DNA from: a virus
Virus record (IMG/VR): IMGVR_UViG_3300045988_076381
Length of the DNA: 64,000 nt
Reading direction: 5' to 3' (one strand)
Shown here in pieces: positions 47,281-57,097 of this stretch. Positions within the stretch are counted from its first letter, which is position 1; each line of letters opens with the position of its first letter. A program made the translations under genes and the position numbers. The notes under the pieces are model-generated. The model was not told where the DNA came from and ran no database searches. It was given only the letters and a program-made list of their open reading frames with translations.

Positions 47281-47937
47281 ATGGAAAAAATCTCAATCTC
47301 ATTAGATCGTGAATTAGATCTAATGACACAATATAATCTATCAGCCGAGGAATGGTGGATTATACAATTATTATTTCTCGCTCAATATCCTGAGGGAAGG
47401 ATAGATCCTTTAGAACGATATAGTAAAATTATAGGTGGATTTAAATATGATATAATTGAATCTCTCCAATCTAAAGGAGTATTAAAAAAGATGAATATTA
47501 AAAAAGGAGATCATTTTGAGATAGATGATTTACAGTTTAATTATGTAAAAGGTGAAGATAAGAAAACATATCCATTAGATATTCCATTCACTGCTAATTT
47601 TATTAAGTCTTATTTAAAACATTCTGGGGAATTAGGGAAGGAATTGTTCCTAGAATACCCAAGTTTTATATACATTAATAATTCTCCTGTAAATGCTCGT
47701 AGTATAACGACTGGGAATCATTTCGGATCTATGGAAGATTTCTTTTTCTTTTACGGAAAGACTATAAAATGGAATCCAACATTACATAGAGAAATAATTG
47801 ACCTGCTACAATGGGGAAAAGAAAATGATATGATAAAAATGGGGATTTCTACATTCGTTATTAACCAATCATGGATTGCTTTAAAAGAGGCTAGGGATAA
47901 GGGTATGGGATCGGTGGATATAAATACTCTTATATGA
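47281..47937 (+). CDS. hypothetical protein upstream of helicase
   Basis: 218 aa with an ATGA-type overlap onto helicase exon 1. A loader or initiator role is only a positional guess. Confidence 0.55.
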   Translation: MEKISISLDRELDLMTQYNLSAEEWWIIQLLFLAQYPEGRIDPLERYSKIIGGFKYDIIESLQSKGVLKKMNIKKGDHFEIDDLQFNYVKGEDKKTYPLDIPFTANFIKSYLKHSGELGKELFLEYPSFIYINNSPVNARSITTGNHFGSMEDFFFFYGKTIKWNPTLHREIIDLLQWGKENDMIKMGISTFVINQSWIALKEARDKGMGSVDINTLI

Positions 47938-48080
47938 ATTTAATTGATTCTTTTTATCAAAAAGTAGAAGAAGGGAAGAAAGGGAATAATATGGGTATAC
48001 CATCCGGATTTCCTAAATTGGATAAGTATATATATGGTATACAAAGAAGGTTTATGAGCACAGTTATTGCCGATTCGGGT
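47934..48080 (+). CDS. DnaB-like replicative helicase, exon 1
   Basis: MNLIDSFYQKVEEGKKGNNMGIPSGFPKLDKYIYGIQRRFMSTVIADSG. It stops inside the Walker A motif. Confidence 0.7.
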
Positions 48081-48393
48081 AAATTAAGTGCCCCTATTTA
48101 ATACAAATAAATAGAAAACCATTTGAATTGCTAGGAACTCGCGAAGATTTAGTAACTAAAACATCAGAAGAAATTCTAAATGTAAATGTTAAAAATACTA
48201 AATTATGTGATAATTAGCAGCTAAGCTCCTAAGGATGTAATCTATGGAGAAAGTTCAACGACTATCTCGAAAGAGAGTAGGGCTAAGTAGCTCGAAGCGG
48301 ATGGTATAATATTTTAATATTATAATGAAATAGTCTAATCTTACACGAAAGTGTAAGAGTATATATGGAAACGATATATACGTAATATAATTG
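48081..48393 (+). mobile_element. ORF-less intron (group-I-like, different scaffold) in the helicase Walker A
   Basis: 313 nt with no ORF. The 5' exon ends gggT, which can pair with Gccc 9 nt downstream. The insert ends ...ataattG. Removing it restores ADSG-AGKSS. Confidence 0.65.
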
Positions 48394-49374
48394 GCAGGTA
48401 AGAGTTCTGTGGCCATATTCATGTATATCTATAAACCTTTAGTTTATTCCTTAGAACATCCAGAGATACCTGTAAATATTCTCGCATTAAGCTTTGAAAT
48501 GTCAAAAGAAGTACTTCTCGCTAAACTTCTCTCTCTTTATATCCTTGATAAATATCATATTGATATTAGTTATTCTGAAATATTCTCATTAGATAAACCT
48601 GTTTCAAACGATAAACTTAAATACATCTACGATGCTAGGGATTGGTTAACTAAAGTAGATGATAAATTAACCATCTACGATACTCCTTTAAATTCCACTG
48701 GAGTATATAATATCCTCAGAGCATGGGCTGGATATTTTGGGAAGTTTGAAACAGACGATAATGGTGAGAGGTATATAAAGAATGATAGAAATCAATATTT
48801 AATAGCAGTATTAGACCATTGTAAGTTATTAAAGAATAATGGTTCCGGAATTAAGCATGAAATAGATGAAACAGCTAAACATTTTATTTATTACCGTAAT
48901 CTGTGTGATATGACAATATGCGCTGTTCAACAAGCTAATAGACAATTTAAATCTATGGATAGAAGAAATTCCGAACATAATTATCTCGAATTACAAGATG
49001 CTCAGGATACTGCGGACATGACACAAGCATCAGAAATTGTTATTGGTGTCTATCATCCATTCAGAGAGAAGAAGGCTAAGTGTGAAGGGTTTGATATTAA
49101 GAAATTACGAGATAACTTTAGGTTGATCCAATTGCTTAAAGGACGATTTGGACAGTCTGATGTTGTTGAGGGTTGTATTTTCCAAGGAAGTATAGGATAT
49201 TTTAAAGAATTAGATCCTCCCGAAGATGGAAAGAGATTTGATTACGGTAGAGTTCTGAGAATGGATTATTTATTCGAAGAATTTGATAATCAACAAAAGA
49301 AAAAAGAAGAGTTAGATAGAGTTATTAAAGAAGATGAAGAAGATGAAGTACTTGAATTTAATTTTAATGTATAA
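48394..49374 (+). CDS. DnaB-like replicative helicase, exon 2
   Basis: AGKSSVAIF..., LIAVLDHCKLL (Walker B), AVQQANRQ (H3-like), LLKGRFG. Confidence 0.7.
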   Translation, partial: AGKSSVAIFMYIYKPLVYSLEHPEIPVNILALSFEMSKEVLLAKLLSLYILDKYHIDISYSEIFSLDKPVSNDKLKYIYDARDWLTKVDDKLTIYDTPLNSTGVYNILRAWAGYFGKFETDDNGERYIKNDRNQYLIAVLDHCKLLKNNGSGIKHEIDETAKHFIYYRNLCDMTICAVQQANRQFKSMDRRNSEHNYLELQDAQDTADMTQASEIVIGVYHPFREKKAKCEGFDIKKLRDNFRLIQLLKGRFGQSDVVEGCIFQGSIGYFKELDPPEDGKRFDYGRVLRMDYLFEEFDNQQKKKEELDRVIKEDEEDEVLEFNFNV

Positions 49375-49461
49375 ATGGCTATAGTATTACCAACAAGTAA
49401 AATACAACCAACAGAAACTGAACCTAGGGTATTAGTTATATTCTCGAAGCCAAAGAGTGGT
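49375..49461 (+). CDS. AAA_24/Sak4-like ATPase, exon 1
   Basis: MAIVLPTSKIQPTETEPRVLVIFSKPKSG. It stops inside the Walker A motif. Confidence 0.6.
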
Positions 49462-49501
49462 AAATTTTATTAAAATATTTGGATAAGTAAAATTTTATGG
49501 A

Positions 49502-49509
49502 TATCTTTG
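49502..49509 (+). promoter_or_regulatory. -7 box TAtcTTTG inside the intron
   Basis: It lies 29 nt upstream of the ATG at 49538. Confidence 0.4.
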
Positions 49510-49537
49510 TAATTATTATTAATACAAATATATAATT

Positions 49538-50761
49538 ATGAAGAATAAAATTTTACAACTAAGTAAGAATTGTAATAGTCTAGAAATAGCTAGAATACTA
49601 TCATTATCTCTAAATGAAGTAGAAAAAGTTTTAATTGATGAATATTTTCAAAAGAAATGGAAGATATCTAAAAAGGATCTTGAAGAATTAGCTGCAAGAA
49701 TCTATAATGAATCTCCAACTCTACTATCAGATGAATTTAATATATCAGAAGTAACATTAAAAAAATATTTAGCAGATTGCAAATTGTTTAATACTAAGAA
49801 AAATGTTATCTATGTTCAAAAATCAGAGGAAGAAATTGAAAAATTAGTTCCGGATATAGTTTTAGATTATAATAACCAATTATCTATTGCACAATTAATG
49901 GTTAAATATAAGTTATCTAAAGATAAAGTTAAAGAAATTTTACATAATAATGAAATTTCAACCGGAAAAGTGACCTGTAATGAACATATATTTGATATAA
50001 TTGATTCGGAAGAAAAGGCATATTGGCTAGGGTTCCTATATGCAGATGGAGCAGTGGGGAGTGCTGATAATACTATTGAATTAGCATTAAAACTTTTGGA
50101 TTGTAAACATCTATATAAATTCAAAACTTTTATAGAAGCCAAAAGGGATATAAAAATAGAAACTAGTAAAGTTAAAAGATGCAGATTCTCTGTAAGTAGT
50201 AAACATTTAAAGTCACAACTTATTAAATTAGGTTGTACTCCTCAAAAGTCCTTAACTCTTAAATTTCCAACTAAAGAACAAGTTCCAGATGACTATATCA
50301 TTCCATTTATAAGAGGGTATTATGATGGAGATGGAATATTAACATATAGTTGTTCTACCACTGGTAGAACAGTTTTAGCTACTGGTATGTTGGGAACTGA
50401 AAATTTTTTAACTGGAGTTTTAAGTAAGTTTAAGTATCCATTACATTCTATTTTGCGTTTAGCTAGTTTGGAAGGATCAAGCGAATGTAAACAAGTAAAT
50501 TGGTCAAAAACTGATTCTGAGGAGTTTTTAAATACTATTTACAAAGATGCTACAATTTTTTTGGATAGAAAATATTTACGATACAAATATTTTAAAGACA
50601 ATGGATTTGCCGTCCAAAAAAGTAATTTTTTGGATAATGACAGAGCAATATCGGAAGAGTCTAAACAATGGATTAATCAGTATTTTAGTATAGATATTGA
50701 TTCCTTATTGCATGATAATTCCGAGATAAATATAGAAAGTAACGATTCTATATCATCGTAA
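49538..50761 (+). CDS. intron-encoded double-motif LAGLIDADG homing endonuclease
   Basis: The motifs are KAYWLGFLYADGAVG and FIRGYYDGDGIL, with N-terminal HTH-like repeats. The stop codon TAA lies within the ribozyme block tcgTAAcgcgtag. Confidence 0.8.
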   Translation: MKNKILQLSKNCNSLEIARILSLSLNEVEKVLIDEYFQKKWKISKKDLEELAARIYNESPTLLSDEFNISEVTLKKYLADCKLFNTKKNVIYVQKSEEEIEKLVPDIVLDYNNQLSIAQLMVKYKLSKDKVKEILHNNEISTGKVTCNEHIFDIIDSEEKAYWLGFLYADGAVGSADNTIELALKLLDCKHLYKFKTFIEAKRDIKIETSKVKRCRFSVSSKHLKSQLIKLGCTPQKSLTLKFPTKEQVPDDYIIPFIRGYYDGDGILTYSCSTTGRTVLATGMLGTENFLTGVLSKFKYPLHSILRLASLEGSSECKQVNWSKTDSEEFLNTIYKDATIFLDRKYLRYKYFKDNGFAVQKSNFLDNDRAISEESKQWINQYFSIDIDSLLHDNSEINIESNDSISS

Positions 50762-50939
50762 CGCGTAGGTGTTGAAACTGTATTTATTTAAATACAGAAT
50801 AAAATATACCCAAGAGTGCTCTGCTCCTATTTAATAGGATGAAAAAGTACGCTAAACTGGATCAGAAATAACTGATCGATAATCAATGAGGGAAACCTCC
50901 AGAACTAAAAGATAAAAAGCTTTTAGGATAATATAATTG

Positions 50940-51731
50940 AAATCAACGGCTTTAAGCCTATTAGATAATAACTTAATACTAGATACAGAAAAGGGAACAG
51001 CGTATATTGAAGCATTAAAAGTAGATATTTCTTCAGTTAAAGATATATTAGAAGTATGTAAACAAGTTAAGGCAGCAGGATATCCTTATAAATATATAAC
51101 TCTAGATACTTTAACTTCTTTAGAGGAAATTCTACAACCGTATGCTTTAAATCTATGGAAGAAATCTAACGCATATAATCCAGAAAAGAATCCAGAACAA
51201 CTAAAAGTAACTGATGTATATAGTTTACCTTTTGGGTTAGGCCAAAAGTATATGAGAGATTCATATTTAGCAGTAATCGGATTATTACAACAAGTATGTA
51301 AAAGAATTATTCTAGTATGTCATTCAAAAGATGCGAAAATAAATGAAAATGAATTAACTATAAAAGATATTGATTTAGCTGGAAAATTATCTGATATTAT
51401 TGCATCTAGATATGATGGAGCTGGATATTTATATAGGGATATAAATGATAATACTATTATTACTTTTGATATAAAACAGCTTGCAGCAGAATGTAAATGT
51501 AGAGTTCCTAGATTAGATGGTAAGAAGTTTGTATTAATCGAGAATCGAAATGGGGAATTAATACCTCATTGGGATCGTATTTATTCTTCCGAACCTTATA
51601 GTGGAGAAGATGTAGTTACTACTCCCCAGATTAATGTTACAGATATTTTAGATAAGGAAGATCAATCTGAAAATTCTAACATATCTGAAGAGGAATCTGA
51701 AGTAGATAAACTTTCAAATATAGAATTATAA
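50940..51731 (+). CDS. AAA_24/Sak4-like ATPase, exon 2
   Basis: KSTALSLLDNNLILDTEKGTAYIE...YITLDTLTSLEE...ILVCHSKD. Confidence 0.6.
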   Translation, partial: KSTALSLLDNNLILDTEKGTAYIEALKVDISSVKDILEVCKQVKAAGYPYKYITLDTLTSLEEILQPYALNLWKKSNAYNPEKNPEQLKVTDVYSLPFGLGQKYMRDSYLAVIGLLQQVCKRIILVCHSKDAKINENELTIKDIDLAGKLSDIIASRYDGAGYLYRDINDNTIITFDIKQLAAECKCRVPRLDGKKFVLIENRNGELIPHWDRIYSSEPYSGEDVVTTPQINVTDILDKEDQSENSNISEEESEVDKLSNIEL

Positions 51732-51732
51732 A

Positions 51733-52419
51733 ATGGAAATAGAACTTAATCTTATAGTTACTCTATCGGATAATTTAAAAGTTACTGGAGTTAGAATTAA
51801 TAAACCATCCGACTCTTTTGAAGAAGCAGCTTCTAAAACTATTGCTGTAGTAACTCCTAAAAGATCTAAATCTAAAAAAGATCAGGATACAATAGTTCTG
51901 GAAGATAATAAACTAGTATTAACTCAGAAGTTATTAGATATAATTAATGCTGAACCAGGAGATAGATTACTAGTCTCTTTTAAAGAAGAGAATGGTATTT
52001 ACTTTCCAGTAATTGCTAAATCAGAAGTTTTTGCGGATCCAGAATCTGGAAATAAATTAACTAAAAGTCTTACTCTTTCTTATAGAGGAAAACAGAGAGA
52101 ACAGTTATTAATCTATGGTACAAAATTTAGATTCGAGGAAACTTCCGAAAATTCTAAAACATGTAAATTAATTGGAGATAAAGAAGTTAAAGCAGATGAT
52201 AAAGTTATTAAATCTAATAAAGATATTGTAACTTTTGATTCTAACGAATCAGAAGATGATACAAAGAAAACTTATACAAGGGAATTAAAAACTCCTTTTG
52301 AAGTTACTTTGGAAGATGAGGGAGATTATGAGATTCCGACAGATCTTAAAAATTTAGATTTAGAGGGATTAGAAGAAATAAATCTAGATGATGAAACACT
52401 TTTTAATTTAACTAATTAA
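51733..52419 (+). CDS. hypothetical acidic protein
   Basis: 228-aa ORF only. Confidence 0.6.
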   Translation: MEIELNLIVTLSDNLKVTGVRINKPSDSFEEAASKTIAVVTPKRSKSKKDQDTIVLEDNKLVLTQKLLDIINAEPGDRLLVSFKEENGIYFPVIAKSEVFADPESGNKLTKSLTLSYRGKQREQLLIYGTKFRFEETSENSKTCKLIGDKEVKADDKVIKSNKDIVTFDSNESEDDTKKTYTRELKTPFEVTLEDEGDYEIPTDLKNLDLEGLEEINLDDETLFNLTN

Positions 52420-52433
52420 TTTATTTAAACATT

Positions 52434-53159
52434 ATGGCACTAAATTTTGGAGCAGATTTTAACAACGCAGGAGAACACACATTAGCTAAAGGAAGTTATT
52501 TACAAGGTGATAAAATTCATATTGTTAAATTAAAAGAAGCGAAAGCTGATAGACAAAAATTAAAAGATGGAAGGGAAGTAGATACTATCAACGTAGTATT
52601 TGAGGATGAAAATGGAGCAACTTTTGAAGATAGAACCTTTGAATTAACACAAGACTCTATTGAAAGAAAAACATTCGGATGGGGAACTTCTGCGTCTATG
52701 TATGATTCCGCAGTATTAAAGTTCCGGTGTTATATTGAACACTTCGCACCTAAATATAATGAAAAACTAATTAAAGGAGAAGTAAAACTTGAAATGAAGA
52801 GCTGGAAACAATTCCGGGATTCGATGGTTGCAATTCTCCAAGCTGTTATTAAACAAAAGACTCCTGTATGGTGTAAACTTAAATTAATTAAGAATAGCTC
52901 AGGATTTGCCAGTCTTCCTTTCTTTGCAGCAGTAGATAAAGAAGGAAATGCGTATGTAAACAATAACTTTATCGGCAATGTAGAAATTTTGAAACAACAA
53001 GATAGAGATATTGCATTTACTGCTTCTGAAATCAAGAAGATTAAAGCTAGAGAAGAAGCTGCTTCTGGAACTGCTACTTCCACAGAAGAATTAATTTCTT
53101 CTAATCCGGAGGAAATTTCGGATATTAATATGGAAGATTTTGAAAATATGACTCTGTAA
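52434..53159 (+). CDS. putative ssDNA-binding protein
   Basis: The call rests on its position in the replication module and an acidic C-terminal tail (EEISDINMEDFENMTL). There is no direct motif evidence. Confidence 0.35.
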   Translation: MALNFGADFNNAGEHTLAKGSYLQGDKIHIVKLKEAKADRQKLKDGREVDTINVVFEDENGATFEDRTFELTQDSIERKTFGWGTSASMYDSAVLKFRCYIEHFAPKYNEKLIKGEVKLEMKSWKQFRDSMVAILQAVIKQKTPVWCKLKLIKNSSGFASLPFFAAVDKEGNAYVNNNFIGNVEILKQQDRDIAFTASEIKKIKAREEAASGTATSTEELISSNPEEISDINMEDFENMTL

Positions 53160-54217
53160 TGGGAGTTAACCTCAGTAAAGTAGATGTTTCTAGTCCTTTA
53201 ATAGCTGATTACGATTCCGTGTTCTCTGAGAAGTTAACTCAAGAATTATTACTTAGATATAATTCAGAAGAAACTTATATGGAACATTATTTGGGAATTC
53301 CAGTTAAAAAAGGATTATTTAAATCCCCACTTAGAAAAGATAATACTCCTACATGTGCATTTTTTAGAGATAGTGCAGGAAGATTGGTATTTAAAGATTT
53401 TAGGGGCGATTTTTATGGAAATTTTATTGAGGTAGTTAAGTATAAATATAATGTTTCTTATTCTAAAGCGTTAGCAATTATTGCTAATGACTTTGGGATA
53501 AGAAAAAATATTAACTTTCCAGTTAATAAATCTTGTATAAAAGAATATACTAATTCGAAATTTGAAAAAACAGAGGGATCTATTATTAAAGTTAAAATTA
53601 AGGATTTTACGGAAGAGGAATTAAAATGGTGGGGAAAATTTGGAATAAGTCTAAATACTTTAAAGAAATTCTTTGTGTTCTCCCTAGAACTAGTGTATTT
53701 AAATAATGAAATATTCTCATTTAGCACCTCTAAAAAGTTTCAGTTTGGGTATTACTATCCCACTAAGGATAAAGAGAAGCAATTGTGGAAAATTTACTAC
53801 CCGATGAATAAAAAATATCGCTTCATAACTAATTATAAGAAAAGTATAATTCAAGGTATTCATAACATGCCGAAGAATGGAGAATATTTAGTAATAACTA
53901 AATCCCTTAAAGATGTTATGTGTTTATATGAACTTGGAATACCCGCAATTGCACCTAATTCAGAAAATCAGTTTGTGAGTGATGTTTTATATTCTAAATT
54001 AAAAGAAAGATTTAAGAAAATATTCTTGTTTTATGATTCTGATTTAGCTGGGATTAGTAATATGAATAAAATTAGAAAGAAATTTTCTGATATACTTCCT
54101 ATATATATTCCGAGGAGATATAAGGCTAAAGATATATCAGATTTTTATTCTAAATATGGAAGTTTAAAAACTTTCGACTTAATAGAAAATACGAAAAGGT
54201 TATATTTAAATGGATAA
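53159..54217 (+). CDS. DnaG-like primase (degenerate zinc ribbon + TOPRIM)
   Basis: KSPLRKDNTPTCAFFRD...FKDFRGDFYGNFIEVV resembles the CHC2 finger region with the ligands lost. The TOPRIM-like parts are LVITKSLKDVMCLYELGIPAIAPNSE and FLFYDSDLAG. Confidence 0.5.
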   Translation: MGVNLSKVDVSSPLIADYDSVFSEKLTQELLLRYNSEETYMEHYLGIPVKKGLFKSPLRKDNTPTCAFFRDSAGRLVFKDFRGDFYGNFIEVVKYKYNVSYSKALAIIANDFGIRKNINFPVNKSCIKEYTNSKFEKTEGSIIKVKIKDFTEEELKWWGKFGISLNTLKKFFVFSLELVYLNNEIFSFSTSKKFQFGYYYPTKDKEKQLWKIYYPMNKKYRFITNYKKSIIQGIHNMPKNGEYLVITKSLKDVMCLYELGIPAIAPNSENQFVSDVLYSKLKERFKKIFLFYDSDLAGISNMNKIRKKFSDILPIYIPRRYKAKDISDFYSKYGSLKTFDLIENTKRLYLNG

Positions 54218-54404
54218 AGTACAAAAAATAGAATTAGAAGAATGTATAGTTGATATAGATGCTGCTTTACATAGTATTTCTAATTTTAGAAACAAATATC
54301 ATGATAGTGTTTTTAATACCTTAGAGATAATACATTGTCTTGACCTAATAAAAATATATACTAATTCTTTAAAACATCTCCTAAAAAATTCAGTAGAAGA
54401 ATAA
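54210..54404 (+). CDS. hypothetical protein
   Basis: 64-aa ORF only. Confidence 0.5.
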   Translation: MDKVQKIELEECIVDIDAALHSISNFRNKYHDSVFNTLEIIHCLDLIKIYTNSLKHLLKNSVEE

Positions 54405-54442
54405 CAAATATTTAATACATAGAGAAAGATTTAAAGTAATTT

Positions 54443-54946
54443 ATGAAAGATTTAAAAATCATCTGTGATATAGATGGAATAGTTGCAGATTTTATGGGAC
54501 ATTATAAAAAATGGTTTAATGTAGATACATATCCATCTAGATTACAAGAGTATGCAATATTAAAAAACGTATACAATTTAAGGAATAATAAGAAATTTTG
54601 GACAACCGTTCCTAAATTAAGAGATATTAATTTCCCTATAGTTGCTTATTGTACTAAAAGAATTAATTCTAAATCATATACTAGGGAATGGATAATTAAA
54701 AATAATCTTCCTGATAAACCTATTTATCAAATGGTATGTTACTCTGGAAATAAATCTAGATTGATCAAGGGGAAGTGTGATGTATTTATTGAAGACTCTA
54801 TAACTAATTTTATAGAGTGTAATAAATCAGGAGTGTTTACATTATTACTGACTACTCCAGAGAATAAATATTACGATACCTCTCTTAGAATCGATTCATT
54901 AAATTACCTAGATATTATAAATAAATATAATGAATATAATTATTAA
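54443..54946 (+). CDS. HAD-family 5'(3')-deoxyribonucleotidase-like protein
   Basis: The N-terminus IICDIDGIVADF fits the DxDxV..DF motif of NT5C-type nucleotidases. Confidence 0.6.
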   Translation: MKDLKIICDIDGIVADFMGHYKKWFNVDTYPSRLQEYAILKNVYNLRNNKKFWTTVPKLRDINFPIVAYCTKRINSKSYTREWIIKNNLPDKPIYQMVCYSGNKSRLIKGKCDVFIEDSITNFIECNKSGVFTLLLTTPENKYYDTSLRIDSLNYLDIINKYNEYNY

Positions 54947-54949
54947 ATT

Positions 54950-55402
54950 ATGGAACTCTCGCAATTAGAATTGGAACAATTAGAAGTTAATGAATTATTT
55001 AAACAATTAGCCACCTTTAATTGTAATCTTGGATGGTTATTATATGATATCTCTAAAACTAAATATAGATTTAATAATCAAAATTATTTAAATATTGCAT
55101 ACGGATTAGATCAATCTACAATAGTGCGATATAAATCTCCTACAGAGTATGTAGATATAATGAATTTATTTAACAGAAATTTATTTAGGAATATTATATT
55201 CGAATACTTAGATAATTATTTTGGAGAAAATTTTAGAAAATTTAAAAATATAGAAGTAATTCCAGAAGGTCAGGCATATATTCATATTACTGTTCAGAAT
55301 GAAGAATGTGAAAATAATATTAAAAAGGCTTTAAAAGAAGTACTTCCAGATTATTTTGATTACATTTTTATAGAAATTGTAGAGTATAATGAATATAATT
55401 AA
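54950..55402 (+). CDS. hypothetical protein (tandem family, member 1, divergent)
   Basis: 150 aa. Its length and C-terminal pattern are similar to the next two ORFs. Confidence 0.5.
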   Translation: MELSQLELEQLEVNELFKQLATFNCNLGWLLYDISKTKYRFNNQNYLNIAYGLDQSTIVRYKSPTEYVDIMNLFNRNLFRNIIFEYLDNYFGENFRKFKNIEVIPEGQAYIHITVQNEECENNIKKALKEVLPDYFDYIFIEIVEYNEYN

Positions 55403-55841
55403 ATATAAATCAGAATATAAAACCTTTGTAAATGATGCTATTTTATCGTATTTAAATAGTTATATCACAGATAGCGAAGAAAAAGGATTTTTAAGTCTCA
55501 TACATTATATTGCAAAAAATTATAGGTCTAAACTACAAGATATTAAATACTATATTAGAGAAGCATTTATAAATTATTCTCCAAATGGATTGGATAATAT
55601 ACTTAAATGTATATTTAGTGAAATGATTAAAGATATAATGGATAAAAAGATTTATAATACATGTAATGTATATAACAACATATCCTTTAATGCCCAATAT
55701 ATTAACTCAGAATTAAAATTATTCGTAGAACATGGTACTTATATAGATTATCATGAAGCAAAACAATTCTGTTCTGAACTAAAACGACTCTTCCCAGATA
55801 TTAATATATATAATACCATAAATAGAATAATTGAAGAATAA
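55389..55841 (+). CDS. hypothetical protein (tandem family, member 2)
   Basis: EKGFLSLIHYIAKNYRSKLQDIKYYIREAF. Confidence 0.55.
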   Translation: MNIIKYKSEYKTFVNDAILSYLNSYITDSEEKGFLSLIHYIAKNYRSKLQDIKYYIREAFINYSPNGLDNILKCIFSEMIKDIMDKKIYNTCNVYNNISFNAQYINSELKLFVEHGTYIDYHEAKQFCSELKRLFPDINIYNTINRIIEE

Positions 55842-56322
55842 AAGAAATATTTTAATTAAATTACATAATTGTAATAAAAATATGCTTATATATAAAGAAG
55901 AATATAAAGATGATTTCGATGATAATATCCTAAGATGTTTAACTTGTATCCAAACTAATAATGAGGTAAAGGGATTTTTATGTCTTATTCATTATTTAAA
56001 GGAACGATATAGAAGCAACTTATTTAATATCAAATATTATATATTGAATAACTTTAAACCAACTGCAATTGAAGAAGCCTTAGGAAAAATATATGAAAAT
56101 ACATTTATTGAAATAATTAAAGATTTATTAGATAATAAATTTAATGAAATTTGCGATTTTGTAGACTATTTTATTCTATATACTAATTCCAAGTTTGAAT
56201 TATTTATAGAATTTTATACGGATACAAGATTAATAGAAGGGAAGGAGTTTTTCGATAATTTAAAACAACTTATTCCTGATATTACTATACATAGAACTGT
56301 GAATGGAGAACTTCGGGACTGA
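55831..56322 (+). CDS. hypothetical protein (tandem family, member 3)
   Basis: VKGFLCLIHYLKERYRSNLFNIKYYILNNF. Confidence 0.55.
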   Translation: MKNKRNILIKLHNCNKNMLIYKEEYKDDFDDNILRCLTCIQTNNEVKGFLCLIHYLKERYRSNLFNIKYYILNNFKPTAIEEALGKIYENTFIEIIKDLLDNKFNEICDFVDYFILYTNSKFELFIEFYTDTRLIEGKEFFDNLKQLIPDITIHRTVNGELRD

Positions 56323-57097
56323 TTTAATATCTAGAGAAGTATTATCTAAATTTAAGATAAAAATATTATCAATAAATAGTTTAGATATAACTGATGAAGT
56401 ATATTTTTCTGATAAATATTCTAATTATATATCTAATTCTAAATTAAAACTGATAAATCCTAATGAAGGAGGATCATTTAAAACATATTTAGAAGGATTA
56501 AAATCTAAATCTACTGGATCTCTGGATTTAGGATCAGCAGTTCATGAGTTAGTTCTACAAAATGAATCATTTGAATTAAATTCTTATATCAAACCATCTG
56601 GTAAAATTGGGAAAGTTATAGAGGTTGTATTTAAATATAGAAATAAGGGATATTCCATATTAAATGCAATTCGAAAAGCTTCCGAAGAAGTTTCTTATTA
56701 CATATCTCAATTAACTGATACAAGAATATCTAATATAATCTCATCTGGATTTAAATATTATCTTTATTTATATAAAAATAAAGATATTAAATATGATAAA
56801 GAACAAATAATCTTGGATGAAAAATCTAGGGAAACTTGTATAAAATGTGTAGATTCTATTAGAAGAAATTCTGATGCAATGAATCTCCTTTCCCCAGATG
56901 AATTTTCATTAGATCAGTATTTAAATAAGAATGAGGATACTATAGTGATGGAAATAGTAGTAACCTTCCCTAACAGTACTTCCGATCCAAATGCAGAAGA
57001 AGTAAGTATTTTGTTAAAGTTAAAAGCTAAGATAGATAATTGGAATTTAAATATAGATGAGGGTTTATTAAATCTAAATGATTTAAAAACTACAGGT
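56303..57097 (+). CDS. PD-(D/E)XK nuclease (second paralog), exon 1
   Basis: GSAVHELVLQ..., ...LLNLNDLKTTG (D-x-K-T motif). The ORF stop at 57101 lies inside the intron. Confidence 0.65.

Larger units (their letters stand above)
49462..50939 (+). mobile_element. group-I-like intron carrying a LAGLIDADG endonuclease ORF
   Basis: It starts after ...agtggT and ends ...gataatataattG. It has the core blocks gtaacgcgtaggtgttgaaact (50758-), cccaagagtg (50809-) and gtacgctaaac. Removing it restores KPKSG-KSTALS. Confidence 0.75.
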
